DNA of 25,646 bases from a virus (IMGVR_UViG_3300044855_000025:1-25646); one strand, 5' to 3'. Shown: positions 15,329 to 22,516, counted from the first letter of the stretch. Translations and numbers: made by a program. Notes: generated by a model from the letters alone, not told the origin.

Positions 15329-15642
15329 ATCTCCCCCTTCAGCACTTTGGCTGCATACAGATACTGATTGTGCTGACCGCCAGACCGCTCGTGCAGGCGC
15401 TCCAATATCAGCACACAACGCTCACGCTCGGCCTTTACCGCCTCACGCACCGCTACACAGGCAAGGCGCTGGCACTTGTCGTGGCAAGTGTGAATTCCGT
15501 CGAACTCCATGCGCTCACGCTCGGCAGCTGCAGCACGCTTTGCAAAGCGCATCAGAAAGGCCAGATCCTTTTCTGGCGTCTCCGATAGCTCCAAAAACGC
15601 TCCGGCCTCGGCAGCGATCTTCAGGATGTCGTCTCGGTTCAT
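15325..15642 (-). CDS. MNRDDI/AERE-family phage protein with IHTC-C-C insert
   Basis: MNRDDIxxxAxEAG...LxRFA...AAAERER, a second AERER and an IHTCHDKCQRLAC insert. Confidence 0.75.
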   Translation of the reverse strand: MNRDDILKIAAEAGAFLELSETPEKDLAFLMRFAKRAAAAERERMEFDGIHTCHDKCQRLACVAVREAVKAERERCVLILERLHERSGGQHNQYLYAAKVLKGEI

Positions 15643-15848
15643 TTCGCACCTCGTGCTCGGATGGCGGCGGCAGCTTTGATGTATGTCTTGGCATTAAAGG
15701 CAATCTGAACACACGCCTGACGCTCGGCTGCGGCGACAAGGGCGGCGAAGCGTTCAAGCTGTCCATCTTCAAACGACCAGTCAGGGAAGTCGTTGTTGCG
15801 CTCTGCGCCAGCCTCTCGCGCCATGCGGATGATGTCATCTCGGTTCAT
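15639..15848 (-). CDS. MNRDDI/AERE-family phage protein
   Basis: MNRDDIIRMAREAG...LERFAALVAAAERQAC...AAAIRARG; paralogous to the next gene. Confidence 0.8.
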   Translation of the reverse strand: MNRDDIIRMAREAGAERNNDFPDWSFEDGQLERFAALVAAAERQACVQIAFNAKTYIKAAAAIRARGAK

Positions 15849-16030
15849 CGCTCCAACCTCCCATCTGGGTTGCCATCACCGTCAACACTGACAGAGGTGG
15901 CTGGGACTTCGTAAGTAGACCAGCGGTGCCCACACTCCACGCAATCCCTCAACCGCCACTTCCAGCCGTACCTAGTGTCCCTGCGGCTCTCCTTCACCTG
16001 TGATTTCCAACTTCCACACTCAGGACACAC
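15845..16030 (-). CDS. NrdR-N-like zinc-ribbon protein
   Basis: CPECGS...VKESR...RLRDCVECGHRWSTYE with no ATP cone; start moved to GTG 16030. Confidence 0.75.
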   Translation of the reverse strand: MCPECGSWKSQVKESRRDTRYGWKWRLRDCVECGHRWSTYEVPATSVSVDGDGNPDGRLER

Positions 16031-16223
16031 GGTTTTCCCCTGTAATGATGATCGGCACTCTGTCGCCGAACCCTGCAAACGTCAGCCTCTCCAACCGGCA
16101 GTAAAGCGTCCTGCGAATGATCTGCTTACCGTTGAGAGGTAACCGCTTGCCTGTCAGGTGGTACTCCACAATTCCCTTACAGTCAGCAATTAGCGACTCA
16201 ACTATTTTCTGCTCGTTTGTCAT
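16020..16223 (-). CDS. Hypothetical protein
   Basis: 67-aa ORF, ATGA-coupled to the P-like gene. Confidence 0.6.
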   Translation of the reverse strand: MTNEQKIVESLIADCKGIVEYHLTGKRLPLNGKQIIRRTLYCRLERLTFAGFGDRVPIIITGENRVS

Positions 16224-16576
16224 GACCGTGTATTAGGGGAAACCCGCAGCTTTGCTTTCATCTCTGCCAGTGCAGCCCGACCAATGTCTGTCTGAACCTT
16301 CGGGGCTGGAAGGGCGTCATAGGTTCTGTGCTCTACTCGGTCGAAGTCCTTGCACATACCGATAAACTCGGAGAGGTTGGGGGGCCATTCGCGTTTCTGA
16401 TGCGGAATAGCGTCCATGACCTTTCGCAAAACATCTGGCTTGCAGGATTGCAGGAAGTTATTCCAGGCTTCCTTGGCTGGCATGATCGCGTTGTCGTCAT
16501 GCTCAAACATGACCTTGAACTTCTGCGCCCCGTACAGAGCAACAAACCTCTCAAAAACTCGGTCTGCTAAGTGCAT
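16220..16576 (-). CDS. Replication protein P-like / helicase loader
   Basis: F...YG...WPPNLSEFIGMC motif; directly downstream of the initiator gene. Confidence 0.65.
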   Translation of the reverse strand: MHLADRVFERFVALYGAQKFKVMFEHDDNAIMPAKEAWNNFLQSCKPDVLRKVMDAIPHQKREWPPNLSEFIGMCKDFDRVEHRTYDALPAPKVQTDIGRAALAEMKAKLRVSPNTRS

Positions 16577-17255
16577 TTAGCCGCTCCTGATAGTCAGCAT
16601 CGATAACGGTCACAACGTCTGGTTGGCGTCGGCCCATCAATAAGTCCATTTTGCGATCTTGCTTGGCAGGTTGGGAATTAGGGGAAACCCTAGTGTTGCG
16701 AATCCAGTTCCGCCACGTTGCTGTCCAATCGGCCTTCAGCCCCTTGCTACCAGGCTGGGCAATCCAGTAGTCGCGGAACGCATCAAAGACATCGAGAGGC
16801 TTTAGGTCAGGCCGCTTGCTACGGCAGAACTCTTGCCAATCGTCAGGAAGGCTAGTCAGGTCGAATCTGGTGCCTCTATTCTTTTGACGGTTCTCTGACG
16901 GTTCCCTTATGGTTAAGGGTGAACCACGTTCGGGGGTGGGGTGAACGTCGTTCGGGGGTGGGGTGAATATTGTTCGGGGGTGAACGTCGTTCGGGGGTGA
17001 ACCACGTTCGGGGGTCATGACGTACAAAGTAGCCCGTCCGGTCCTAAACTGGCGCGTCAGAAACCCGTTAGCTTCCAGCCATCCAACCGCTAATTGCACC
17101 GCTCGGTCAGATAGCGAACACTTGCGTTCAAGCGTTGAGATGCTAGGGAAGCAATGCCCCTCATCGTTTGCGTTGTCGCAAAGAGCAAGCAGAACTAGCT
17201 TTTGCGTTGACGGAACTTCTGCATCAAAGGCAGCGCACATGAGTTTAATGCTCAT
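16551..17255 (-). CDS. Replication initiator (O-like) with N-terminal winged HTH
   Basis: KLVLLALCDNANDEGHCFPSISTL...LSDRAVQ HTH, an iteron-encoded linker and a C-terminal FRDYW...DWTATWRNWIRN. Confidence 0.85.
   Translation of the reverse strand: MSIKLMCAAFDAEVPSTQKLVLLALCDNANDEGHCFPSISTLERKCSLSDRAVQLAVGWLEANGFLTRQFRTGRATLYVMTPERGSPPNDVHPRTIFTPPPNDVHPTPERGSPLTIREPSENRQKNRGTRFDLTSLPDDWQEFCRSKRPDLKPLDVFDAFRDYWIAQPGSKGLKADWTATWRNWIRNTRVSPNSQPAKQDRKMDLLMGRRQPDVVTVIDADYQERLNALSRPSF
16917..17015. repeat. Iteron array / replication origin inside the initiator gene
   Basis: Five copies of GAA(C/T)-N3-GTTCGGGGGT starting at 16921, 16943, 16965, 16982 and 16999. Confidence 0.85.
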
Positions 17256-17766
17256 GCTCTGCCTCCATGTATGAGATATACAATAAATTTAAGTCTTTAC
17301 AAAAGTTATCGTTTGTCAGTAATTCGACTAAATTCTCAATAAACTCATCACTCGATCTTGCATAAAAAATACTTGCGACTCCACCAACAAAAAAATCTTT
17401 GTTGTTTGCGAATTGTCTCGGATGCAAACCGCCGACAACTTTTCTGTTGACTTGGTGAGCCACCAAACCGGATACAAAATCACCAACATTTAACTCTGCA
17501 TACGGCAAAAGATTGTTAATCATCTCCTTCTGCTTATGCACGATCTCATGGCAGTCCCGGCACAAACAAACGAAATTACTTAACTCATACTCCCAAGGAG
17601 CATGGTCTCGTTTGTAGTTCTTGTGATGGACGTTTAACGTCGTTTCTTTGTCGCCGCACCGCTCGCAAGCAAACCCAGCGCGTTGCATCGTGTCAAGACG
17701 CGCCCTCTGCCAACGAGGGTCACGGAGCATCTCAAGATAGCTCTCGGCTTTCTTTCGTTTACGCAA
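17245..17766 (-). CDS. HNH endonuclease
   Basis: LRDPRWQ...CERCG...LNVHHKNY...PWEY...LCRDCH; TTG start preceded by GGAG; AT-rich 3' half. Confidence 0.85.
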   Translation of the reverse strand: MRKRKKAESYLEMLRDPRWQRARLDTMQRAGFACERCGDKETTLNVHHKNYKRDHAPWEYELSNFVCLCRDCHEIVHKQKEMINNLLPYAELNVGDFVSGLVAHQVNRKVVGGLHPRQFANNKDFFVGGVASIFYARSSDEFIENLVELLTNDNFCKDLNLLYISYMEAEHEH

Positions 17767-17900
17767 AACAATCTCCAGTGGTGGACGACCCCAGTGTGAG
17801 AATTACCGGGGGCTGCCCACCGTTGCAGTGAACTTACGGCATCTGAGGCCGTCCCCGCTGGAGACTGCTTGCGATGCCCCTTTTGCGCTTCTCACGGCGC
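17766..17900 (-). ncRNA. Structured cis-regulatory leader RNA with two predicted pseudoknot pairings
   Basis: A long closing stem (17855-17870 with 17766-17781), internal hairpins, a loop-loop match GUGAGAA/UUCUCAC and a GGCAUC/GAUGCC match; begins at the predicted TSS. Confidence 0.7.
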
Positions 17901-17906
17901 TAAGAG

Positions 17907-17935
17907 ATCATACAATTGCAATGCTGCGCTTGCAA
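17907..17935 (-). promoter_or_regulatory. Sigma70 promoter for the HNH-replication operon
   Basis: TTGCAA-N17-TATGAT in the only sizeable intergenic gap of the left early arm. Confidence 0.7.
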
Positions 17936-17948
17936 CCTTACGCCAACC

Positions 17949-18230
17949 TTACACGCGAATCTTTCCAGCCTCGCACAGAGCAACCAACGTCTTGCGGAAC
18001 GCATCCTCCCAAGCCTCCCGCCGTTCCTCTCCCGACATCTTCGACCCCTGGTCAATAGCAAAGTGGCAGTGCTGACAGAGTGCAGCGGTAAAGCAGTCGT
18101 GTGCTTTCATCCCCAACCCCTTGCCGTATGCACCCCAGTTAGCGTGTGCGGCTTGTGTCTGACCATCCAGACCGCATCGCTGGCAGTCGAGACTTGCTAC
18201 TGCTTTGAGCCACGCTTTGCTGCGTACCAT
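17949..18230 (-). CDS. DUF1364/DUF968-like His-Me finger nuclease-fold protein
   Basis: RSKAWLKAVASLDCQRCG...QAAH...GKGLGMKAHD...ALCQHCH. Confidence 0.75.
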   Translation of the reverse strand: MVRSKAWLKAVASLDCQRCGLDGQTQAAHANWGAYGKGLGMKAHDCFTAALCQHCHFAIDQGSKMSGEERREAWEDAFRKTLVALCEAGKIRV

Positions 18231-18484
18231 CTCATGATCTCCTTTGCCAGTTCTTCCCTGCCTGCTATGCCGCGAGCCTTTTCAACACGCTCGAGATACT
18301 CCGTCCGTTTAGGCTTTGTCCAAGACAACACAGTCTGAGCCTCACAGTAGATCGTGTAAGCCTTGGACTGTAGTCCGACTACGGAGCCATCAGGGAGAGT
18401 GACGAGTCTTGCGTTGTCGTGTCGTTCGCCGCACGCAAAACAGACATCTCGTCCGTCTGCGTCAACCCGTGATTTATCGCCCAT
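18197..18484 (-). CDS. Conserved hypothetical phage protein
   Basis: CEAxxVL...RxEYLERVEKxRG...L motif. It overlaps ninB by 106 nt, so the true start is uncertain. Confidence 0.6.
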   Translation of the reverse strand: MGDKSRVDADGRDVCFACGERHDNARLVTLPDGSVVGLQSKAYTIYCEAQTVLSWTKPKRTEYLERVEKARGIAGREELAKEIMRWYAAKRGSKQ

Positions 18485-18813
18485 GCCAGCACCTGCTCAA
18501 CGTAGTCGGAAAACTGTGCCTTCGTCAGCCCTGTAGTCGTCGGCTCTGCCTCCATCACCTGACCGTTGGGCAACTCCAACATCCTCCCAGGCAAGTACCG
18601 AGTCTTGAAGTAAGCGTGCCAGACATCCTGATCGTGAGCCTGACCCTGCGGACGTATCTGCTCGCTGATCGCTGACAGTGTGGCCCAGTAAAACGAGTTC
18701 TGAGCGCTTGTTCTGTTGGGTGGCTCTATCCGTACCACCCAGCCATGTCGAGCGGTTTTGACGGCTTCTACAGCCCTCTGTCGGGCAGTGTCGTGCGCTA
18801 AAGTAAAGATCAT
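18379..18813 (-). CDS. ninB: NinB (Orf) recombination protein
   Basis: RTxAQNxxYWAxL...W...FK...TTxLTKAQFSDYVEQVxAWA. Confidence 0.85.
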   Translation of the reverse strand: MIFTLAHDTARQRAVEAVKTARHGWVVRIEPPNRTSAQNSFYWATLSAISEQIRPQGQAHDQDVWHAYFKTRYLPGRMLELPNGQVMEAEPTTTGLTKAQFSDYVEQVLAWAINHGLTQTDEMSVLRAANDTTTQDSSLSLMAP

Positions 18814-18815
18814 GG

Positions 18816-19463
18816 TTAGAGTAGGCTCGATTGTTCTTGTTTATGTTGCGGTGTTATTCCGATTAGTGATGGCTGTGCGTATGCGTTAGTGATGCGCTCG
18901 CAGGCAATGTCGAAATACTTCGGTTCGCGCTCAATCCCAATGAACTGACGGCCCATCTGGACTGCCGCAACGCCTGTCGTTCCTGACCCCATAAAAGGGT
19001 CTAGGATCGTCTGCGGGTTTCCAGTTTGGTTGATGCACCACGCCATCAACTCGACCGGCTTTTGAGTTGGGTGTTCTTTGCGATAAGCCAGCACCGACAT
19101 ACGGAACATCTTTGCGGGCTTGTTCATGCTCGCCCAAGCCTGCTCGCACATCGCCAGCGAGAAGTTTTCTGGCTGAATCTTGTCCCAGACCAAGAAGCAC
19201 TTGGAAGGCGGCAGACTGAAATAATTGCCGCCCCAGATCACCTGCTCCTTTGAGCACTCCAGCAGGCTCTGAATAGTGTATGAATCAGGCGGCGCGGCAT
19301 CCCACTCCATCCGCTCATGCTTTTGCCTGACCGGATTAGACGCGATCCCGATCCCATAAGGCGGGTCAGTAATGACGGCATCAACCTTTGGCAATTGAGG
19401 CAGGATCTCCCGGCAGTCACCAAGATAAAGAGTTGCATCGCCAATTCTTTCGATCCTGCTCAC
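18816..19463 (-). CDS. DNA N6-adenine/N4-cytosine methyltransferase, beta class
   Basis: GDC...ITDPPY, HPTQKPVELM and LDPFMGSGTTG; start moved to GTG 19463 (GTGA overlap). Confidence 0.9.
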   Translation of the reverse strand: MSRIERIGDATLYLGDCREILPQLPKVDAVITDPPYGIGIASNPVRQKHERMEWDAAPPDSYTIQSLLECSKEQVIWGGNYFSLPPSKCFLVWDKIQPENFSLAMCEQAWASMNKPAKMFRMSVLAYRKEHPTQKPVELMAWCINQTGNPQTILDPFMGSGTTGVAAVQMGRQFIGIEREPKYFDIACERITNAYAQPSLIGITPQHKQEQSSLL

Positions 19464-19768
19464 AGTTCCACCTCTTTCAATTGCCAACGGTTGCCTTCCT
19501 TGAACCACCCATGTAGCACCACCCGCCACCCTGACCGAAGCATCTCCGGGTAAGCCTCGGCCTCCTCTATCTTGTGCCGACGAGCAGCGAGGTTCGCCTT
19601 GCTTGTGACTTGTATCGCCACCGTCTCGCCGTGACCGATTGCAAGCAGGTCAATGCAGCCCCAAAGGTCGTGCTTTCGCTTTGTGAACGAGTTGTAATGC
19701 TCGACCAGTGCTACCTGATAGCCATGCGAGACATAGAGAGCCTTTGACCGAGCAGTCAGGCTAGACAT
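19460..19768 (-). CDS. PD-(D/E)xK nuclease / Holliday-junction-resolvase-like protein
   Basis: GYxVxxVE...DLWGCIDLLAI...AIQVTS; start moved to ATG 19768. Confidence 0.7.
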   Translation of the reverse strand: MSSLTARSKALYVSHGYQVALVEHYNSFTKRKHDLWGCIDLLAIGHGETVAIQVTSKANLAARRHKIEEAEAYPEMLRSGWRVVLHGWFKEGNRWQLKEVEL

Positions 19769-19985
19769 TTTCGATCTGCACATCGATGTTGGCGTACTGC
19801 GGACACAAGTCTCCCAGCTTGACTACCCCTCCCGTCAACTCCTGAATCTGCAAAGCCCTCTTGATCGGAACCCCCCGAGTTTTCCACCCGTTTACTGCCT
19901 GTTTGCTGACCTGCAACTGCTCACACAGCTTCCCCTTCGTGCCTACCAGAGCAGCGGCTAGGTTGATCGCATCGTTCGGTGTCAT
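19761..19985 (-). CDS. Cro/YdaS-like HTH transcriptional regulator
   Basis: GTKGKLCEQLQVSKQAVNGW...VPxxRAxQIQELTGGxV...LCP; first gene of the leftward arm. Confidence 0.85.
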   Translation of the reverse strand: MTPNDAINLAAALVGTKGKLCEQLQVSKQAVNGWKTRGVPIKRALQIQELTGGVVKLGDLCPQYANIDVQIENV

Positions 19986-20094
19986 CGCAACCTCAAATTG
20001 TAAAAGTTGTAAAAAATGGAACTCTCTGCTTGACCTCTGGATGAAGTCTACTGTACTCTTCTTTCACCGTCAACAAACAACAACCGAGGACAAC
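19986..20094. promoter_or_regulatory. Divergent early control region
   Basis: 109-nt AT-rich gap between divergent genes. Contains a rightward TTGACC(20030)-N18-TACTCT(20054), an imperfect inverted repeat TTGAC-N11-GTCTA and tandem TTGTAAAA at 19998 and 20007. Confidence 0.7.
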
Positions 20095-20403
20095 ATGAGC
20101 GACTTTGGAATCGACCTGCACTGGATTCGTGAGGACAACTACAACGACAGTCTCGAGCGTCAACAAGAGTGGGAGAGCGACGAGATTGCTTGCTGGCTCG
20201 ACTCAGCGACAGCAAAAGAAATCCTCTGGGTCTGGGTTGACCTAGACCGCGATACCGACATCACCACCGACCAAATGATCGAGATGCTCTGGAACGGTGA
20301 GGATGCAAAAGCAATGCTCAAGCAGCGCATTCAGGAACTGGCAGAGAAACAGTACGACACCTGGAAGCAGTCATCCAAACTCGCATACAAGGTGGCGAAA
20401 TGA
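20095..20403 (+). CDS. Hypothetical acidic early protein (102 aa)
   Basis: ATG 20095 after a GAGGA RBS; D/E/W-rich; first gene of the rightward arm. Confidence 0.75.
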   Translation: MSDFGIDLHWIREDNYNDSLERQQEWESDEIACWLDSATAKEILWVWVDLDRDTDITTDQMIEMLWNGEDAKAMLKQRIQELAEKQYDTWKQSSKLAYKVAK

Positions 20404-20519
20404 AACACCTCGCAATCATCGCAGCAGGAGTAGTCCTCGGCATCACAGCAGTCGATTGGAGCATCGGTTCAACCTCAACCATCGGAGACCTTGTTTGGCA
20501 ACTCATCTCACGGATTTAG
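20400..20519 (+). CDS. Small membrane peptide (39 aa)
   Basis: Not in the ORF track. Translates as MKHLAIIAAGVVLGITAVDWSIGSTSTIGDLVWQLISRI; ATGA overlap. Confidence 0.65.
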   Translation: MKHLAIIAAGVVLGITAVDWSIGSTSTIGDLVWQLISRI

Positions 20520-20737
20520 ATTTTAAGTGGACTCCCGGCGTCGCTACAGATGTGCAGCAAACGTGGCGACGATTCGGGTGGACACCACCGAGCGAACAGG
20601 AACAATACCTAACCAAGTGGCAGAAATATCGAGGGACATATGAAACAGATCGCATCATCGTTGGTCAAAGCACAGAAGGCTTTCGGGCCTGCGTTGAAAT
20701 CCTCCACCAACCCGCACTTCAAAAGCAGATACGCTGA
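20495..20737 (+). CDS. Conserved hypothetical phage protein
   Basis: TTG start after GGAG; FKWTPxxATDVxxTWRRFGWTPPSE motif; 3' end overlaps erf. Confidence 0.55.
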   Translation: MATHLTDLDFKWTPGVATDVQQTWRRFGWTPPSEQEQYLTKWQKYRGTYETDRIIVGQSTEGFRACVEILHQPALQKQIR

Positions 20738-21185
20738 TCTTGCGGCTTGCGTAGAAGCTGTTATTGACGGGCTGAACGGGAACGGAATCATGCTCATGCA
20801 GCAGACGCACGAGTGCGAGGACGGAGTGATCGTCGAGACCGTATTCGTTCACGAGTCCGGCGAAACACTGTCGGCCGGTAAGCTCCACGTTCCTGCTGCA
20901 AAGCAAGACCCGCAGGGCTACGGATCGGCCCTGACCTACGCTCGCAGGTACAGTCTGATGGCGGCTTGTGGTATCGCTCCAGAGGACGATGACGGTAACG
21001 CCGCGGCAAAACGCCCGACACTTGACCCAGCACCGTACATCAACCAGTTGATGAAATGCGCGACGTTAGACGAACTCAAGACGATCTACGGTCATGCCTA
21101 CAAAGCCCATCAAGGGACTGAGGCAATGAATCTGATCGAAGCATCTAAGAACAAACGCAAAAACGAACTCATGGAGGTGAAATGA
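20640..21185 (+). CDS. erf: ERF-family ssDNA annealing protein
   Basis: NPHFKSRYADL...PQGYGSALTYARRYSL...GIAPEDDDGN. Confidence 0.92.
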   Translation: MKQIASSLVKAQKAFGPALKSSTNPHFKSRYADLAACVEAVIDGLNGNGIMLMQQTHECEDGVIVETVFVHESGETLSAGKLHVPAAKQDPQGYGSALTYARRYSLMAACGIAPEDDDGNAAAKRPTLDPAPYINQLMKCATLDELKTIYGHAYKAHQGTEAMNLIEASKNKRKNELMEVK

Positions 21186-21409
21186 TGCAACCCGCAATCC
21201 TGCTGAATGACCAACAACGTGCCATGCTCCGAGCCGCTGCTCGAGTCGGACGCGACTATCAACACGACAACAAGGAACTTGAGGTGGCCATCGCTCAGAT
21301 CAAATCAATCAACCCTGGTGCCTTCTACAACCCCGACACGCTGATCCTGCGGAAGTTCTTCCACGCTCCCAAGTTTCCGATCCCCCATCAATCATGGGTG
21401 AAAGCATGA
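21182..21409 (+). CDS. Hypothetical protein
   Basis: GGAGG RBS and ATGA coupling on both sides. Confidence 0.7.
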   Translation: MMQPAILLNDQQRAMLRAAARVGRDYQHDNKELEVAIAQIKSINPGAFYNPDTLILRKFFHAPKFPIPHQSWVKA

Positions 21410-21579
21410 ACATCAACATCCACAAAGTCGAATCCGTCGAACTGTCAGAAATCAAAACCTTGCACACCGAAAGCTGTCGGGTTTTCTCGCAGCGGTACAT
21501 CGTCATCAAAACAAAGGACTCTCAAGTTGAGATCGTTCTGTTCGCGGAGAACGATGAAAAACTGGAGGTGAAGACATGA
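21406..21579 (+). CDS. Hypothetical small beta-strand protein
   Basis: MNINIHKVESVEL...EIVLFAEN; start moved to ATG 21406 (ATGA overlap). Confidence 0.65.
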   Translation: MNINIHKVESVELSEIKTLHTESCRVFSQRYIVIKTKDSQVEIVLFAENDEKLEVKT

Positions 21580-21914
21580 ACTGGCCCGGACTAGCTCGCA
21601 TCACCGACCCTCAGACCAGCCACGAGGCAGCAGGCAGCGTCGATGCCAACAGACTTGAGATGGTCGTGCTGGCCGAGTTCAGGAGCGCAAAGAAAGGTCT
21701 GACCGCAGACGAACTTGCCAAGCGTCTGCCAGGACTCCCGCTCAACACGATAACGCCCCGGATAGCGCCGCTGGTGAGGAAAGGCTACCTGATGCCTACC
21801 GGACGCAGGAAAGCCGCTTCTGGACGGTTTCAGAGGGTTTTGGAGTGGGTGGAGCCTGATAACGAGGAACAGTCGCTGGATTACTTCAACCGATATATTG
21901 CCGGGGATCGCTGA
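21576..21914 (+). CDS. Winged-HTH DNA-binding protein
   Basis: ARxTDPxTSHEAA...GLTADEL...ITPRxxxLVRKG...TGxR...SGRxQRV. Confidence 0.75.
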   Translation: MNWPGLARITDPQTSHEAAGSVDANRLEMVVLAEFRSAKKGLTADELAKRLPGLPLNTITPRIAPLVRKGYLMPTGRRKAASGRFQRVLEWVEPDNEEQSLDYFNRYIAGDR

Positions 21915-22516
21915 TGGAACAGCGCACAGAACAGTGGTTTCAGGACAGGCTGGGTCACGCTACAGGCTCTCGCGCTGCCGACATCCTTGCAGGCAAAGAC
22001 ACGCAAGCAAGAAAGGGATACCTGACCCAACTGGTCACGGAGCGACTGACAGGTCGAGCGCAGGACTCGTTTGTTAACGCAGATATGCAACGTGGGATCG
22101 ATGTTGAGCCGCTTGCAAAGGCTGCGTACCAAGCGAGTTATGAACTGACGGACGATGTTGGGTTTGTGAAGCACCCGATGATCCGTTGGTTTGGTGCCAG
22201 CCCTGATGCTCTGGTTGGGTCGGACGGTCTGGTGGAGATCAAGTGCCCGAGATCAACGACACACCTTGACTACATTCAGAGCGGCAAACCTCCGGCAAAG
22301 TATGTCCCGCAGATGCTGGCTCAGCTTAGCTGTACCGGCAGGAAGTGGGTGGACTTCGTGTCGTTTGATGACAGGTTCCCCGAGCATCTTCGGTTGTTTG
22401 TAGTCCGGTTTCAGCCGACAGAGGAGGAGATCGAGAAGTTCGAGAGCAAGGTCAAAGAGTTTTTGTCTGAAGTCAACAACCTAATGGAAAAACTATGCCC
22501 ATCGCATACGAAGTGA
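21914..22516 (+). CDS. YqaJ / lambda-exonuclease family recombination nuclease
   Basis: QRTEQWFxxRLG...MQRGxxxEPxA...GASPD...VEIKCP...QMxAQL...DFVSFDxR. Confidence 0.92.
   Translation: MEQRTEQWFQDRLGHATGSRAADILAGKDTQARKGYLTQLVTERLTGRAQDSFVNADMQRGIDVEPLAKAAYQASYELTDDVGFVKHPMIRWFGASPDALVGSDGLVEIKCPRSTTHLDYIQSGKPPAKYVPQMLAQLSCTGRKWVDFVSFDDRFPEHLRLFVVRFQPTEEEIEKFESKVKEFLSEVNNLMEKLCPSHTK

Noticed and set aside
15285-15914. 209-aa + strand ORF and other antisense ORFs (e.g. 4214..4564, 12212..12688, 22899..23414)
   Set aside because: These are shadows of well-supported, translationally coupled genes on the opposite strand, with no RBS or recognisable motifs.
15845-16030. Host nrdR gene
   Set aside because: Only the Zn-ribbon is present and there is no ATP-cone domain.
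16917-17015. Repeats as a CRISPR array or LexA (Cheo) boxes
   Set aside because: There are no unique spacers of CRISPR length and no cas genes. The cores are GAAC-N3-GTTC rather than N4, and their position inside the initiator gene fits iterons.
17766-17900. Structured RNA as a tRNA or a HEARO/OMEGA RNA
   Set aside because: It has no T-loop/D-loop consensus or cloverleaf. The adjacent HNH has no RuvC or PLMP features of IscB, and there are no IS200/605 ends.
19861-20094. 5' extension of the 19861..20403 ORF as a possible repressor
   Set aside because: The extension is antisense to the Cro-like gene and crosses the promoter region. ATG 20095 has a clear RBS and the product has no HTH.
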